A stretch of 64,000 nucleotides of DNA from an uncultured Methanosarcinales archaeon (GCA_964409385.1 CAYPCY010000002.1:143941-207940), one strand, 5' to 3'; shown: positions 1 to 10,164, numbered from the stretch's first letter. Notes: generated from the sequence alone by a model not told the origin. Made by a program: numbers and translations.

Positions 1-10
1 ATCTGAAATT

Positions 11-637
11 GTGACTTCAGTTACTAAAACTCCTTTTGAACCTTGGCATAAGTATGTGGAAAGATTAGCCACTAAAGATAGTGAGTCTTTCTCTAAATCT
101 ATTTCTTTAAAACTTACTGATTTAATATACAATAGTTGTGATTTTCCTCCTTTAATAGCTAAGTCTAGATTGAAGCCTAGTTATAGACTAACATTTCCAG
201 GTAAGAATGTCTTGTTTGAAAATTTATTAAAATCTTTAGAAAAAAATAACAAAATTGATTTTGATTGGAGAAAACCAGAGATTAATAATTTGAGAAAAGC
301 AAGTTTATATTTTGCGCATAAGGTTTGTTTGGAAAATCTTCATTTTTTACAAAATAGTCTTTCAGAGATGTATGTTAGAAAGGCAAAGAATTATTTGAAA
401 TTTTATGAGACAAAAGGTGGTTTTGAAAACATCACTAGAAAATCAACGGATAAGGAAGTTGAGAATGTTCCTTGGAAAAGGTTTAATGGTACTATGAACT
501 TATTATTTAAGCATTGGAAGGGAGAAGAAAAGATTACTAGTTTAGAAGAGACTCCTGAAAGACTTTATGATTCTTTCCTAGGATTAAAAAGAGTTATTGA
601 GTTATTGTATAATAAGAGAGATTTTTACATTAAGTAA
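11..637 (+). CDS. hypothetical protein (possibly N-terminally truncated by the window edge)
   Basis: 208-aa ORF with GTG start near the window edge; no recognisable motif. Confidence 0.6.
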   Translation: MTSVTKTPFEPWHKYVERLATKDSESFSKSISLKLTDLIYNSCDFPPLIAKSRLKPSYRLTFPGKNVLFENLLKSLEKNNKIDFDWRKPEINNLRKASLYFAHKVCLENLHFLQNSLSEMYVRKAKNYLKFYETKGGFENITRKSTDKEVENVPWKRFNGTMNLLFKHWKGEEKITSLEETPERLYDSFLGLKRVIELLYNKRDFYIK

Positions 638-1142
638 TTCTTTCGTACAATCCAACTAGTTCTGTCTTTTCAATAATATGGTTTTGCATTGCTTCCTCAA
701 CCTCTTTTTTTGAAGAACCTTCAGGTAAATCTAAAGAAGAATCTAAAGCATATAATTTGAAGAAATACCTATGTTCCCTGTCTGGAGGGCATGGTCCGTG
801 ATATTTTAAGTTTCCACTAGTTCCTTTTCCGTGAGTTCCTGGCGGTTCTTGACCTTCATTAATCCCGATAGTTTCTGGTGGAATATTAAATACTATCCAG
901 TGATCCCACATTCCATCCTCTCTTAAATGTTTAGGAACGTCAGGATCGTCCATTATTAGAACAAGTGTTTTAGCATTTTCAGGAACTCCAGTAAAGCTTA
1001 ATTGCGGATTTGTATCTTCACCGTCACAAGTGTACTTGCTGGGAATTTTATTTTCAAAGTTTGAACTTGTAATTTTCATTATATCCTCTTGAATTTCTTG
1101 ACATGCTGCAAGAAAGACTATTAACAAAATAAGGTATTTCAT
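630..1142 (-). CDS. YbhB/YbcL family PEBP (Raf kinase inhibitor-like) protein with lipobox-like N-terminus
   Basis: Motifs MDDPD, WDHW, YHGPCPP, HRYFFKLYALD; hydrophobic N-terminus ending LAAC. Confidence 0.92.
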   Translation of the reverse strand: MKYLILLIVFLAACQEIQEDIMKITSSNFENKIPSKYTCDGEDTNPQLSFTGVPENAKTLVLIMDDPDVPKHLREDGMWDHWIVFNIPPETIGINEGQEPPGTHGKGTSGNLKYHGPCPPDREHRYFFKLYALDSSLDLPEGSSKKEVEEAMQNHIIEKTELVGLYERIT

Positions 1143-1197
1143 TCTTTTTAAATTTAATTATAGAAAACTATAAAAACAATCTAGTATTAAAGTTATT

Positions 1198-1740
1198 ATG
1201 AATTATTGGTTAATAGGGTTGGGAGTTGTTGTTTTACTTATTATTTTCTTGTACAACGCGTTAATTAGGTTGAAAAATCAGGTTGGTAATGCCTGGGCTC
1301 AGATTGATGTTCAGTTGAAGCGAAGGTATGATTTAATTCCTAATCTTGTAAAGGCTGTTAAGGGTTATATGAAGCATGAAAAGACTGTTTTGGAGAATGT
1401 TACTAAGGCAAGGACTAGTTTGATGCAGGCTGGAAACATTCATGATAAGGCCGAAGCGGATAATATGCTTACTGGAGCTTTAAAGAGTTTATTTGCAGTT
1501 TCTGAAAATTATCCTGATCTTAAGGCCAGCCAGAATTTCTTGCAATTACAGGAAGAACTTGTAGGTACTGAGAATAAGATTGCGTATTCTAGACAGTATT
1601 ATAATGATATTGTTATGAAGTTTAATATTAAGATTGAAAAATTCCCTAATAATATCCTTGCTAAAACTCTTGGGTTTAGTCAGAAAGAATTGTTTGAGAC
1701 TAAGGGTAAGGAGCGAGAGCCTGTTAAGGTTGAATTATGA
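1198..1740 (+). CDS. lemA: LemA family protein
   Basis: N-terminal TM helix, [36 protein letters not shown]. Confidence 0.95.
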   Translation: MNYWLIGLGVVVLLIIFLYNALIRLKNQVGNAWAQIDVQLKRRYDLIPNLVKAVKGYMKHEKTVLENVTKARTSLMQAGNIHDKAEADNMLTGALKSLFAVSENYPDLKASQNFLQLQEELVGTENKIAYSRQYYNDIVMKFNIKIEKFPNNILAKTLGFSQKELFETKGKEREPVKVEL

Positions 1741-2609
1741 AAGTTCTTCAGGATGAAGTAAGACAAAATATTTGGAAGTCTTATTTTATTATGGTGTTTT
1801 TTGTTTTAATAATTAGTTTTTTAGGTTTTATTATTGGTTATATTCTTAACAGTCAATTATTTGGTTTTCTTCTTGCATTATTTATTGCATTGATTTATTC
1901 TGCTATTGCTTATAATACTGGTGAGAGTATGGTTTTGAGAATGACTAATGCTAAACCCTTGGCAAAGCATGATTTTCCTTTTGTTTGGCATACTGTTGAG
2001 GCTTTAAGTCTTGCTGCTGGAATTCCCAAGCCTGAAGTTTATATTATTGAGAGTGATGCATTGAATGCTTTTGCTACTGGTAAAAAGCCTGAAAAGTCGT
2101 ATATTGCATTAACTACGGGTATTATTAAAAAATTAAAAAGACAAGAGTTGGAGGGGGTTATTGCTCATGAGATTAGTCATATTAAAAATTATGATATTCG
2201 TGTTATGTTAATAACTGCTGTAATGTCTGGAATTATTGTTTTCTTGAGTCAAATGATTTTTAGAATTGCAATATTTGGTGGGGGTAGGAATAGAAAGACT
2301 CATCCTGCAATTTTAATTGTTGGTTTAATATTTATTATTTTAAGTCCTGTATTTGCTCAAATGATTAAATTAGCTGTTAGTAGGAGGAGGGAGTATCTTG
2401 CAGATTCTTCAGGTGCTGTATTGACAAGGTATCCTCCTGGATTGGCTGATGCTCTTGAGAAGATTAAGGAAGATTCTCATGTTTTGAAGGGTGCTAATGG
2501 TGCTACTTCTCATTTGTTCATTAGTAATCCTATTAAGAAAAAGGCTAAAAGTTTATTTTCTACTCATCCTCCTATTGATGATAGGATTAAAAGACTTAGG
2601 GAGATGTAG
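1737..2609 (+). CDS. htpX: HtpX-like M48 membrane zinc metalloprotease
   Basis: NAFATG, AHEISH (HExxH), [18 protein letters not shown] overlap with lemA. Confidence 0.95.
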   Translation: MKVLQDEVRQNIWKSYFIMVFFVLIISFLGFIIGYILNSQLFGFLLALFIALIYSAIAYNTGESMVLRMTNAKPLAKHDFPFVWHTVEALSLAAGIPKPEVYIIESDALNAFATGKKPEKSYIALTTGIIKKLKRQELEGVIAHEISHIKNYDIRVMLITAVMSGIIVFLSQMIFRIAIFGGGRNRKTHPAILIVGLIFIILSPVFAQMIKLAVSRRREYLADSSGAVLTRYPPGLADALEKIKEDSHVLKGANGATSHLFISNPIKKKAKSLFSTHPPIDDRIKRLREM

Positions 2610-2686
2610 TTTTTTATTCAATATTTCTGTAATAATTTTGTTTTCTCACTCGAAATTCTTAAATTATACTTTTAATATGAACTATT

Positions 2687-3043
2687 ATGAATTATAAACT
2701 TGAAAGAACCTTAATTATTCTAGCAGTTTCTTTAGGCTCTGCCTACTTGGGTGATGAATGGAATATTAATATGAGAGCATACCATTTTTTTAATAAGAAC
2801 AACCCAATCGCCACTGGCTTTCCAAGAGATTATTATAATTACGGAACTTTAATGAATCAAAACAATAATGGAGAGACCGAAGTTTATTTTGGAAATAAGG
2901 AAAAAAATGAATTTATTCCCGTTAATAATAATGGAACAGTCGGAGATTTTTCTATCATGATGAATCAAGAATATAAGCATCTTAAGGAGAAATTAGAAAT
3001 ATTCATTGAGAAAGAGTTGGAAAATTATGAGCTTACTAAGTGA
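2687..3043 (+). CDS. hypothetical protein with N-terminal hydrophobic segment
   Basis: 118-aa ORF; orphan. Confidence 0.6.
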   Translation: MNYKLERTLIILAVSLGSAYLGDEWNINMRAYHFFNKNNPIATGFPRDYYNYGTLMNQNNNGETEVYFGNKEKNEFIPVNNNGTVGDFSIMMNQEYKHLKEKLEIFIEKELENYELTK

Positions 3044-3218
3044 ATTAATAAGAGATTTTATGAAGACTACTTCATATTATGGAGTTAGGAAGATAGCAAA
3101 ACCATTAGTTTATATTGTGATGGGTTATGGTTTATTTAAAGGGTGTGAGACTAAGCTAGATAATTATTTTCAAGAAAACCATAAACTTTATAATTCTATA
3201 AATCAAAGAAAAGATTGA
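3027..3218 (+). CDS. small hypothetical membrane protein
   Basis: ATG at 3027 overlapping the upstream gene end; one hydrophobic stretch. Confidence 0.5.
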   Translation: MSLLSELIRDFMKTTSYYGVRKIAKPLVYIVMGYGLFKGCETKLDNYFQENHKLYNSINQRKD

Positions 3219-3224
3219 TAAAAA

Positions 3225-3557
3225 ATGCGATTTGCTGACATTTCAGTCAATGAGGCATATAAACTAATAACAAATAGTGGTAGTACACTAAAAATTCTTG
3301 ATGTTAGAACGCCTAAAGAATATAAAAGTTCACATATTGATGATGCTGTAAATGTAAATTTTTATGATGATAAATTCATAGATACTCTTAACACTCTTGA
3401 AAGAGGTCGTTCGTATTTAGTTTATGGATCTAAAGAATATCGTTGTGAAATGGCTTTGGAAGTAATGCTTGCATTAGGCTTCCAAAATAGTTATCAACTT
3501 TCTGGAGGATTGGTTGAATGGTTAAGGAAAAAGTATCCTGTTAAGAAAGCATCCTAG
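3225..3557 (+). CDS. rhodanese-like domain protein (active-site Cys apparently absent)
   Basis: ILDVRTPKEY..HI..AVN and LSGGLVEW; VYG where VYC is expected. Confidence 0.85.
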   Translation: MRFADISVNEAYKLITNSGSTLKILDVRTPKEYKSSHIDDAVNVNFYDDKFIDTLNTLERGRSYLVYGSKEYRCEMALEVMLALGFQNSYQLSGGLVEWLRKKYPVKKAS

Positions 3558-6301
3558 AATTTTTCTGCCATAACTTCTAATTCTTCATCAGTTATCAAAC
3601 CATTTTCTTCTATCTTACTAAGAAATCTGTTTGTTTCACTACCTATTAAACAATGTAGAAGATTATTAACTTTTAAAGAATTTTTTTCATTATACAAGTT
3701 CCAGTCAGGATTCAAGTCTTCAATATTCATACTGTAAACTTTCTTATCCTTTCCATTAATGGTTTCAATAGTGTGTTCTCTTTCTTTTTTAGTTGTTGAA
3801 TTTCTAAAATATATTTTTTCTCCATCTTCAAATGCTGAAAATCTATTGCTTGCTTTAGAATGCCAAACTAAATCTTCATTATCAACTTTTTCAGACATTA
3901 ACAGATCTGATTGCAAATAAATTTTTTCTAGAGCATTCAAATTATTTCCTTTAAGAACTTCTTTAACAAACTCTCCATGAGTTTCCATTTCGAACTTATT
4001 CAGATTATTAGTTGGATGTTCTAAAAGTTTCATCCCATGATAAAATCCGTGAGTTTCATAATATATTTTTTGATTTTTTCCTTTAACATCATTAGTTACT
4101 AAAACTTTCGGAATATCAAATAAGAACATTTTAGGATATTTCTTTTTAACCTCTTCTACATCTCCAGAAAAATAAATGTATTGTCCTTCTTGATGTATTA
4201 ATTTCAAATTATTATGTTCAGCAAATTGTTTCGTAGATTTTGCCATTCTTAAAAGTTCAAGTTCTATTTCTTTTTTACTAGTCTGATAATTACCGTATAA
4301 TCTACCACTAAATTTCTTGGCTTTTCTCTTAGTATTAAGTAAGTATAGAATATCTTCAATTCCTAAACCTTGTTTCAATAATTTTTCGCTTTCATTACAC
4401 AAATGTTTTTCTAACCCTTCACTAGTTAATGTTCCCTTATTAAAATTCACTCCCGCCCATTTTGATAATTTAGAAACTTGAGACTTGTATAATGAATAAA
4501 TATCTATTATATTGTGTTTTTTAACTAACATTTTCAATTTTTTCTCTCTTTTTTTTAGTATTGCATAATCTGCCGTTAACCATTCTGCAATCGCATTACC
4601 CCATCTTCCAAGTATAAAATGTTCAAAATTATTTTTTGATTTTTTAGAAAATAATTTTTTAGAATCTGGAAATCTTCTTCCTATTATTTCTTTAAAAAAA
4701 TGGCCATATCTTAAATAGGCCACATGAACATTCTCATAAACTCCTGAATTTGTAGTGATATTAAATGCGTTATTAAGTAGTTTTCTAAAGTCTTGTTTTC
4801 CTTGAGATACTTCATCCCTTGCATTTTTACTTTTGTAATAAACTTCATTTCTATAAATTCCTAAACTTTTGAAATAAGATCTTTCTTGAGCTAAGTTTAT
4901 AGATCTTGGACTGTAAAAACTCCATGGTAGAGGAATATGGAATTCTTTACTTGTTTCCGTTGCTAATTCAAGAAAATTAGTGAATTCATCACTTTTGAAA
5001 ATGTCCAACATTACATTAACATCATTTACTAAGTATGATGCTATTTTTTTTGAGGCATTCACTCTTTCTTTTTTGTCTTTATGGAATCTTGCTCTATCTT
5101 CTAAAACTTCCATTTCATCATAAGTTATTTCTTTTTCAAATTTCTTATCTCCAAGGAGTGTTTTAGAAACTAATTCGAGTTTTTTATTTGGTAAGTAATC
5201 AAAACAAAATTGTGCCCATCTCAACAAGTCTATAACTGTTCTCCCCCTAATATTAACCCTTTCGAAAAAATCTGTCGAAACTTCCTGTAATGGAGGAGTT
5301 TCTCTTTCACCAATGCGAAAGTCCGAATTTTCCCTCATTTTTAACAAGTCAAATTTGGCATTATATGCAGAAACATAATCAGGATTCTCTTTCAATATAG
5401 AATTTTTAACTCCTTCTATTAAGTCCTGTTCTATTTCATAATTATAAATTTTAAATTTTTTATATTCTTCAGTGTCTAAATTGCTTAAAGTATGAATTTC
5501 ATTTTTTGAATTTGTATATCTCATTCCAACCCAACTTATTTCATTATTTTTTCTGAAACGAGGAATTTCAATATCCATGAATAACCATTTCTGTCTTAAG
5601 ACTTCTTCAGAATTTAAGGGCCTCATTGGTATTACTGGCTCTATATCTTTTAGTATTATATCAAGTCCTTCCTTGCCTAGGTTAGTTTCACAATTTAAGT
5701 TTATTGAATATTGTAAATGTTCTAATTTTTCTCCGTTTTTTTTAATTTCAGAACTTAATTTTTTAGAAAAAGTATTTTCTTTGTTGTCTTGAATTGATTT
5801 TTTTAATTCATTAAATAATCTTGTATGGTATGCTTGTTTTCTTTCAGGAAAGTATTGTTTTATTAATTCAACAGTTTCTTGAGTTAAGTTATTATATTCT
5901 CTTCTTAATTCTAGAGATCTTGCTAACCAATCTTGAATTATTGCTGCAGTTCCAGGATTTGCAAATCTTTCTCTCGCTCTTTCTGTATAATGTCCTGAAA
6001 TAAATTTTTCTCCAGTTTCTTGCTTTAGTTTTTCTAATATTGTTATGGGTGCTTTATAGTGCAATATTCTGAAAATATTTTGTCCCTGATAATTTTTTAT
6101 TTTACAACCTTGAGTTAGAGGATATTTGTTTAATTCAGGATCATTAGTTATTATTTTCTTTAGTTTATTTTCTTCTTTTTGAGAAAGTATTTTGGTTGGG
6201 AAAACATGTTCCCAGTTTACATATACACTTCCAACATCTTTAAATGTTAGGAATAACTTTTTTTTCCGTTCAAAAACTTCAGAAATTAGAACTTCTAGCA
6301 T
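3554..6301 (-). CDS. family B DNA polymerase-like protein with intact 3'-5' exonuclease motifs and degenerate polymerase domain
   Basis: ExoI FMDIEI, ExoII AYNAKFDL, RGRTVIDL, ExoIII YLVND; no DFxSLYP or YGDTDS. Confidence 0.8.
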   Translation of the reverse strand: MLEVLISEVFERKKKLFLTFKDVGSVYVNWEHVFPTKILSQKEENKLKKIITNDPELNKYPLTQGCKIKNYQGQNIFRILHYKAPITILEKLKQETGEKFISGHYTERARERFANPGTAAIIQDWLARSLELRREYNNLTQETVELIKQYFPERKQAYHTRLFNELKKSIQDNKENTFSKKLSSEIKKNGEKLEHLQYSINLNCETNLGKEGLDIILKDIEPVIPMRPLNSEEVLRQKWLFMDIEIPRFRKNNEISWVGMRYTNSKNEIHTLSNLDTEEYKKFKIYNYEIEQDLIEGVKNSILKENPDYVSAYNAKFDLLKMRENSDFRIGERETPPLQEVSTDFFERVNIRGRTVIDLLRWAQFCFDYLPNKKLELVSKTLLGDKKFEKEITYDEMEVLEDRARFHKDKKERVNASKKIASYLVNDVNVMLDIFKSDEFTNFLELATETSKEFHIPLPWSFYSPRSINLAQERSYFKSLGIYRNEVYYKSKNARDEVSQGKQDFRKLLNNAFNITTNSGVYENVHVAYLRYGHFFKEIIGRRFPDSKKLFSKKSKNNFEHFILGRWGNAIAEWLTADYAILKKREKKLKMLVKKHNIIDIYSLYKSQVSKLSKWAGVNFNKGTLTSEGLEKHLCNESEKLLKQGLGIEDILYLLNTKRKAKKFSGRLYGNYQTSKKEIELELLRMAKSTKQFAEHNNLKLIHQEGQYIYFSGDVEEVKKKYPKMFLFDIPKVLVTNDVKGKNQKIYYETHGFYHGMKLLEHPTNNLNKFEMETHGEFVKEVLKGNNLNALEKIYLQSDLLMSEKVDNEDLVWHSKASNRFSAFEDGEKIYFRNSTTKKEREHTIETINGKDKKVYSMNIEDLNPDWNLYNEKNSLKVNNLLHCLIGSETNRFLSKIEENGLITDEELEVMAEKF

Positions 6302-6332
6302 GAAATTAGTAATGAATATAGTTTTATAAACT

Positions 6333-7379
6333 TTAGTTTAGGAGTTTCATGAAGTTTTTCTTAGAAAAAGCTTGTAAATCCTTATATTCTTGACCTATTC
6401 CTAGGAAGAGTATTGGTTTTTTTGTCATGTAACTTATTGAGATTACTGCTCCGCCCTTCTCGTCAGTATCTACTTTAGTTAGTATTATAGCATCAACACC
6501 AATTTTTTCATTAAATTGTTTTGCTTGTTCTACAGCATCATTTCCTATTAATGAATCCACCACTAAAATTTTTAAGTCTGGTTTTGAAATTCTAACTATT
6601 TTTTCTAGTTCATCCATTAAGTTACTGTTAGCATGACTTCTTCCTGCAGTATCTATGAGTACAAAATCTTTTTTTGAGGCTTCTGCATGTTTTATTGCAT
6701 CAAAAGCCACTGCTGCAGCATCCGCCCCGTAATCATGCCTTACTAGTTTTATTCCTAGTTTGTTAGCATGTTCTTCTAATTGTTGTATTGCTGCTGCTCT
6801 GAAAGTGTCTGAAGCGGCAAGTACTGAACTTAATTTTTTGTCTTGTAAGTATTTTGCTACTTTTGCGCATGTTGTTGTCTTTCCACTTCCATTCACTCCT
6901 AGGAATAGTATTTTGTATGGTTTTGTCTTTGCTAATTTTTCTAGTTTTTGACTGTCTTGAAATAATCCTTTTATAGTTTCTAATAATGTTGTTCTTATGG
7001 TTTCTTCAATATTATTTCTTTCTATTTTATTTTCTACTATTTCTTTCTTTAATGATTCTTTTATTAATTCAATAACTTCTACTGCAACATTGAATTCTAA
7101 TAGTTGAAGTTCTAATTCCCAGAATAATTCTTCAAATTTATCTTCTGTTATGGAAACTTTGGTTATTTTTTCTTTGACTCTTTCTATTATGCTTTTTTTC
7201 TCTTCTTTTTCTTCTTTAACTTCATCTTGCTTTGTTTCCTTCTTCTTTTCTGTTTTATTAGGTTTTATTTCTTTCTTTACTGTATCTTTAGGTTTTTCTT
7301 CTTCAGTTTCTTCTAAATCTTCAGAAGTAGAGAATTTTTTGACTGTCTCTTTTAATTTTTCTTTTAGAAATTTAAACAT
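6333..7379 (-). CDS. ftsY: signal recognition particle receptor FtsY
   Basis: GVNGSGKTTT, DTFRAAA, DTAGR, TKVD, GIGQ. Confidence 0.97.
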   Translation of the reverse strand: MFKFLKEKLKETVKKFSTSEDLEETEEEKPKDTVKKEIKPNKTEKKKETKQDEVKEEKEEKKSIIERVKEKITKVSITEDKFEELFWELELQLLEFNVAVEVIELIKESLKKEIVENKIERNNIEETIRTTLLETIKGLFQDSQKLEKLAKTKPYKILFLGVNGSGKTTTCAKVAKYLQDKKLSSVLAASDTFRAAAIQQLEEHANKLGIKLVRHDYGADAAAVAFDAIKHAEASKKDFVLIDTAGRSHANSNLMDELEKIVRISKPDLKILVVDSLIGNDAVEQAKQFNEKIGVDAIILTKVDTDEKGGAVISISYMTKKPILFLGIGQEYKDLQAFSKKNFMKLLN

Positions 7380-7728
7380 TTTGAATTTTTTTGGCTATTT
7401 CTTCAAATAAGTTAATTAATTGTTGTTTATAATTTGAGAGTTCTTCCCTCTGTTGTTCTAGCAAATCTTGCGTGTCTTTTTTTGTTTTTTTAACTGAAAT
7501 ATTACTTCCAATATTCACCATGAAATTTTCACTGTCTTCTAATTTTGCTTTTATGAAGACGCCATTATGTATTGGAACTAGTATTTGTTTATTTTTTTCT
7601 TTAGAAATTTCATTAATATCCTCAACTACCTTGTCTAAATCTTGCATTTGTTTCTCTACCGTTTGCAGTTGCTGGTGTATTTCCATTGCTTGTTGTTCTA
7701 ACAATTCTTTATTTTCAGTCATTTTCAA
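7372..7728 (-). CDS. pfdA: prefoldin subunit alpha
   Basis: Coiled coil - ILVPI..GVFIKA..VNIGS..VKK - coiled coil; conserved position between aIF6 and ftsY. Confidence 0.9.
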   Translation of the reverse strand: MKMTENKELLEQQAMEIHQQLQTVEKQMQDLDKVVEDINEISKEKNKQILVPIHNGVFIKAKLEDSENFMVNIGSNISVKKTKKDTQDLLEQQREELSNYKQQLINLFEEIAKKIQNV

Positions 7729-8374
7729 TAAAAAACGAGTCTATATTTGTTAATTCTGTTCCTGTGCTTTGCTTGCCCATTAAAATTCCTTTCTTATTTA
7801 ATAATATTCCTGATTTTAAGTGGGGACTTCCATTATTTACGGTTGTATGTTCACTTTTAACTTTTAATGTTTCTTCTAGAATGTCAAGATCATCCCCGTA
7901 TAGTGAGGTTAAGACTTTATTATTTCTTGATATTGTAAAGCTTGCTGGAGTTTCAATATTTTCAAATTTTGCTTCTATAACTTTATATTTTATTTCTTCT
8001 ATTGCTTCTTTGAATGTTTGGCTGAGTCCTGGAGATATTAATGCTTTATTTTTGTGGAAGAATACATTATTTCCAAAACAAGTTTTTTCTTCATTTACTT
8101 TTTTAACTTTTAATCCTTGTTTTTCTAAATTTTTAATTTCGGAATCCAATGTTAATTCAGGAACTAGTATTTTCTTATCTTTTCCTATTATGAAGACTCC
8201 TAAAAGGTCTGTTCCCATTATACTTCCTTTAATAATTTTAACTTGTAAGATTTCTTTAATTAATTCAATATCTTTATCTCTAGTATTTATAGGAACTATC
8301 GCTATTTTTTCGTTAGCATAACATTTTAGTCCTATGTTGGAGTCTTGTCTTAATGATAAAACATCGATTGCCAT
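7715..8374 (-). CDS. eif6: translation initiation factor 6 (aIF6), divergent
   Basis: NIG...ANE, GT.LLG, TCFGNN, TVNNGSPHL.SG, TGTEL; synteny with pfdA-ftsY. Confidence 0.85.
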   Translation of the reverse strand: MAIDVLSLRQDSNIGLKCYANEKIAIVPINTRDKDIELIKEILQVKIIKGSIMGTDLLGVFIIGKDKKILVPELTLDSEIKNLEKQGLKVKKVNEEKTCFGNNVFFHKNKALISPGLSQTFKEAIEEIKYKVIEAKFENIETPASFTISRNNKVLTSLYGDDLDILEETLKVKSEHTTVNNGSPHLKSGILLNKKGILMGKQSTGTELTNIDSFFIEND

Positions 8375-8400
8375 TTATTTTTAGAAATTATGTTTTTTTA

Positions 8401-9156
8401 TTAATCTTTCTTAAAATCATTCCATCCTGAAGAGTCCAGAAGATTTATGTTTATTTCTCCGAAGTGTTGTTCTTGGATCATGTTTATTTTTCTTGCATTG
8501 TCTAGGTGTAGTAGTGGTATGAATGTGAATACTTTATCTTCTTTATCTTCTGAAGGTAGTAGTTCTGTGAATGTTATTAGTTTTCCTGGTTTGCAAATGT
8601 CTATTATTTGTTTGTATATGTCTCCTATGACTAGTGAGATATCTCTTCCTTTCTTTGGAATTTGGACTTTAAATTCAGGAATTTCATTCATTCTTCTCCT
8701 GTTTTTTGTTTCTAATGCTTTTTCTAATGCTTTTACTAGGTCTTGTACTGAAACTTTTCTTTTTCTTGGTTGTGGAATTTTTGGGATTATTTTTGGTGTT
8801 TCTCCTTTTTGTTCTTCGTTCATGTTTGTTGGGAGCATGTCGAACATTTCAAAATTTTCAGGTTCTTGGCTTAGTAAATTGTCAAATGCTGCAATATCTT
8901 CATCCATTAGCCTGTCAGACTTCATTTTTAGTAGTAGTGAAGCTGCTAATACTACTTTTCCTGAAAGTATGAAATCCATTTCTCTAAGTTTATTTAGCAT
9001 TTCTAAGAATTTTTGGGAGATTAATGAAACATCTAGATTCCAAGGATCCATATCTTCTCTTCTTACAAGGTCTAGAAGTATGTCTTTCCATGTTAGTTCG
9101 TCACCATTGAATACGATATCAAAGACTTCAGATTCTAGGTTTTGCTGAACTTCCAT
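8401..9156 (-). CDS. scpA: segregation/condensation kleisin ScpA
   Basis: MDPWNLDV, SG.VVLAASLLLKMKS, V.TFIPLLHL, QE.HFGEI. Confidence 0.9.
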   Translation of the reverse strand: MEVQQNLESEVFDIVFNGDELTWKDILLDLVRREDMDPWNLDVSLISQKFLEMLNKLREMDFILSGKVVLAASLLLKMKSDRLMDEDIAAFDNLLSQEPENFEMFDMLPTNMNEEQKGETPKIIPKIPQPRKRKVSVQDLVKALEKALETKNRRRMNEIPEFKVQIPKKGRDISLVIGDIYKQIIDICKPGKLITFTELLPSEDKEDKVFTFIPLLHLDNARKINMIQEQHFGEININLLDSSGWNDFKKD

Positions 9157-9261
9157 CCACGAGCAAATGTGTATATTAGTATATAAAACTTGCGCAGATA
9201 AGTTTTGTTATCTATATATTTTATGTTAATATTTAAAAACATGTTTTTATTCCTTTTTATA

Positions 9262-10164
9262 ATGTCATTGCCAAGAAAATTATCTGACTCTAACGAGAGA
9301 ACTGTAGCACTTGAATACTTATGTGGAGTTCCAGTAACTTATATTAATGAAGAATGGGATGTTTCTAAAGCAACTATTGAACATAGTATTCTTGGTAATA
9401 GAAGTAATTATTGGAATGATCCACTAGTAAATTTCTATAAACAAAATAGAAATGAAAAGAAATCTCATAAGAACGGTATTCATATGATTGTTGGAAAGTT
9501 ACCTTCCCATTCAGGTATATCTGTAGAAAGTGCTGATTTGTTAGAAAATGAAAGTAATGAAGTTTACAATTCTTTAAGACTTAGTGTTCTCGAGCCAAAA
9601 GTTGAAAAGTTTATTGCAGATACTAACTTAATAAAGATTCTTATAGGTAATGATCGAGCAAGGAAAACAGGCCAGGAGAAATTCTTAGATAGTTTGAATC
9701 CTTCTAAACTTAATGGTTATTATGATAATAGAAGCAAACAAATAAAAATAGACTTTCATACTCTTGATGAATTAATTTATAAGCCTTTATTGCAAGAATT
9801 AAAACTTGCTTATGGTAGGGATAGTACTACTTTTGAAAAGGCGTTAGATACTTCTTTTGAGAATGTTAAGAATGAATTGTTAAAAAGTTGTTATTTTGGT
9901 ATTTTAAACAATTTTAGGATTGAAAATAATGCTAATAATTCTTTTGCGGACAGTATTCTAAACAAACTTAAGAAGGATCCTAATGAAAAGATAGTTAATA
10001 AAAAGTTCAAGAGAGAAGTAATAAGTGACTATTTTGGCTTTAATACTTGGCCAAAAAGCATTTATGAATCTGCTGATAAGAAAGGATTTAACAGGTTTTG
10101 GTATGGAAAACAGAAAGAAAAGATTTTTAGACAATTGAAAAAAATAGTTAAGGAGCTTACCTAA
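9262..10164 (+). CDS. hypothetical protein with putative N-terminal HTH and C-terminal sigma70 region-4-like HTH
   Basis: Likely ATG at 9262 after an AT-rich TATA-like stretch; C-terminus REVISDYFGF..PKSIYE.A...GF.R.....KEKIFRQLK. Confidence 0.6.
   Translation: MSLPRKLSDSNERTVALEYLCGVPVTYINEEWDVSKATIEHSILGNRSNYWNDPLVNFYKQNRNEKKSHKNGIHMIVGKLPSHSGISVESADLLENESNEVYNSLRLSVLEPKVEKFIADTNLIKILIGNDRARKTGQEKFLDSLNPSKLNGYYDNRSKQIKIDFHTLDELIYKPLLQELKLAYGRDSTTFEKALDTSFENVKNELLKSCYFGILNNFRIENNANNSFADSILNKLKKDPNEKIVNKKFKREVISDYFGFNTWPKSIYESADKKGFNRFWYGKQKEKIFRQLKKIVKELT

Noticed and set aside
7150..9148. Long antisense ORFs (7150-7410, 7686-8321, 8447-9148 and similar ones elsewhere)
   Set aside because: They are shadows of well-supported genes on the opposite strand, rich in Phe/Ser/Leu and without motifs.
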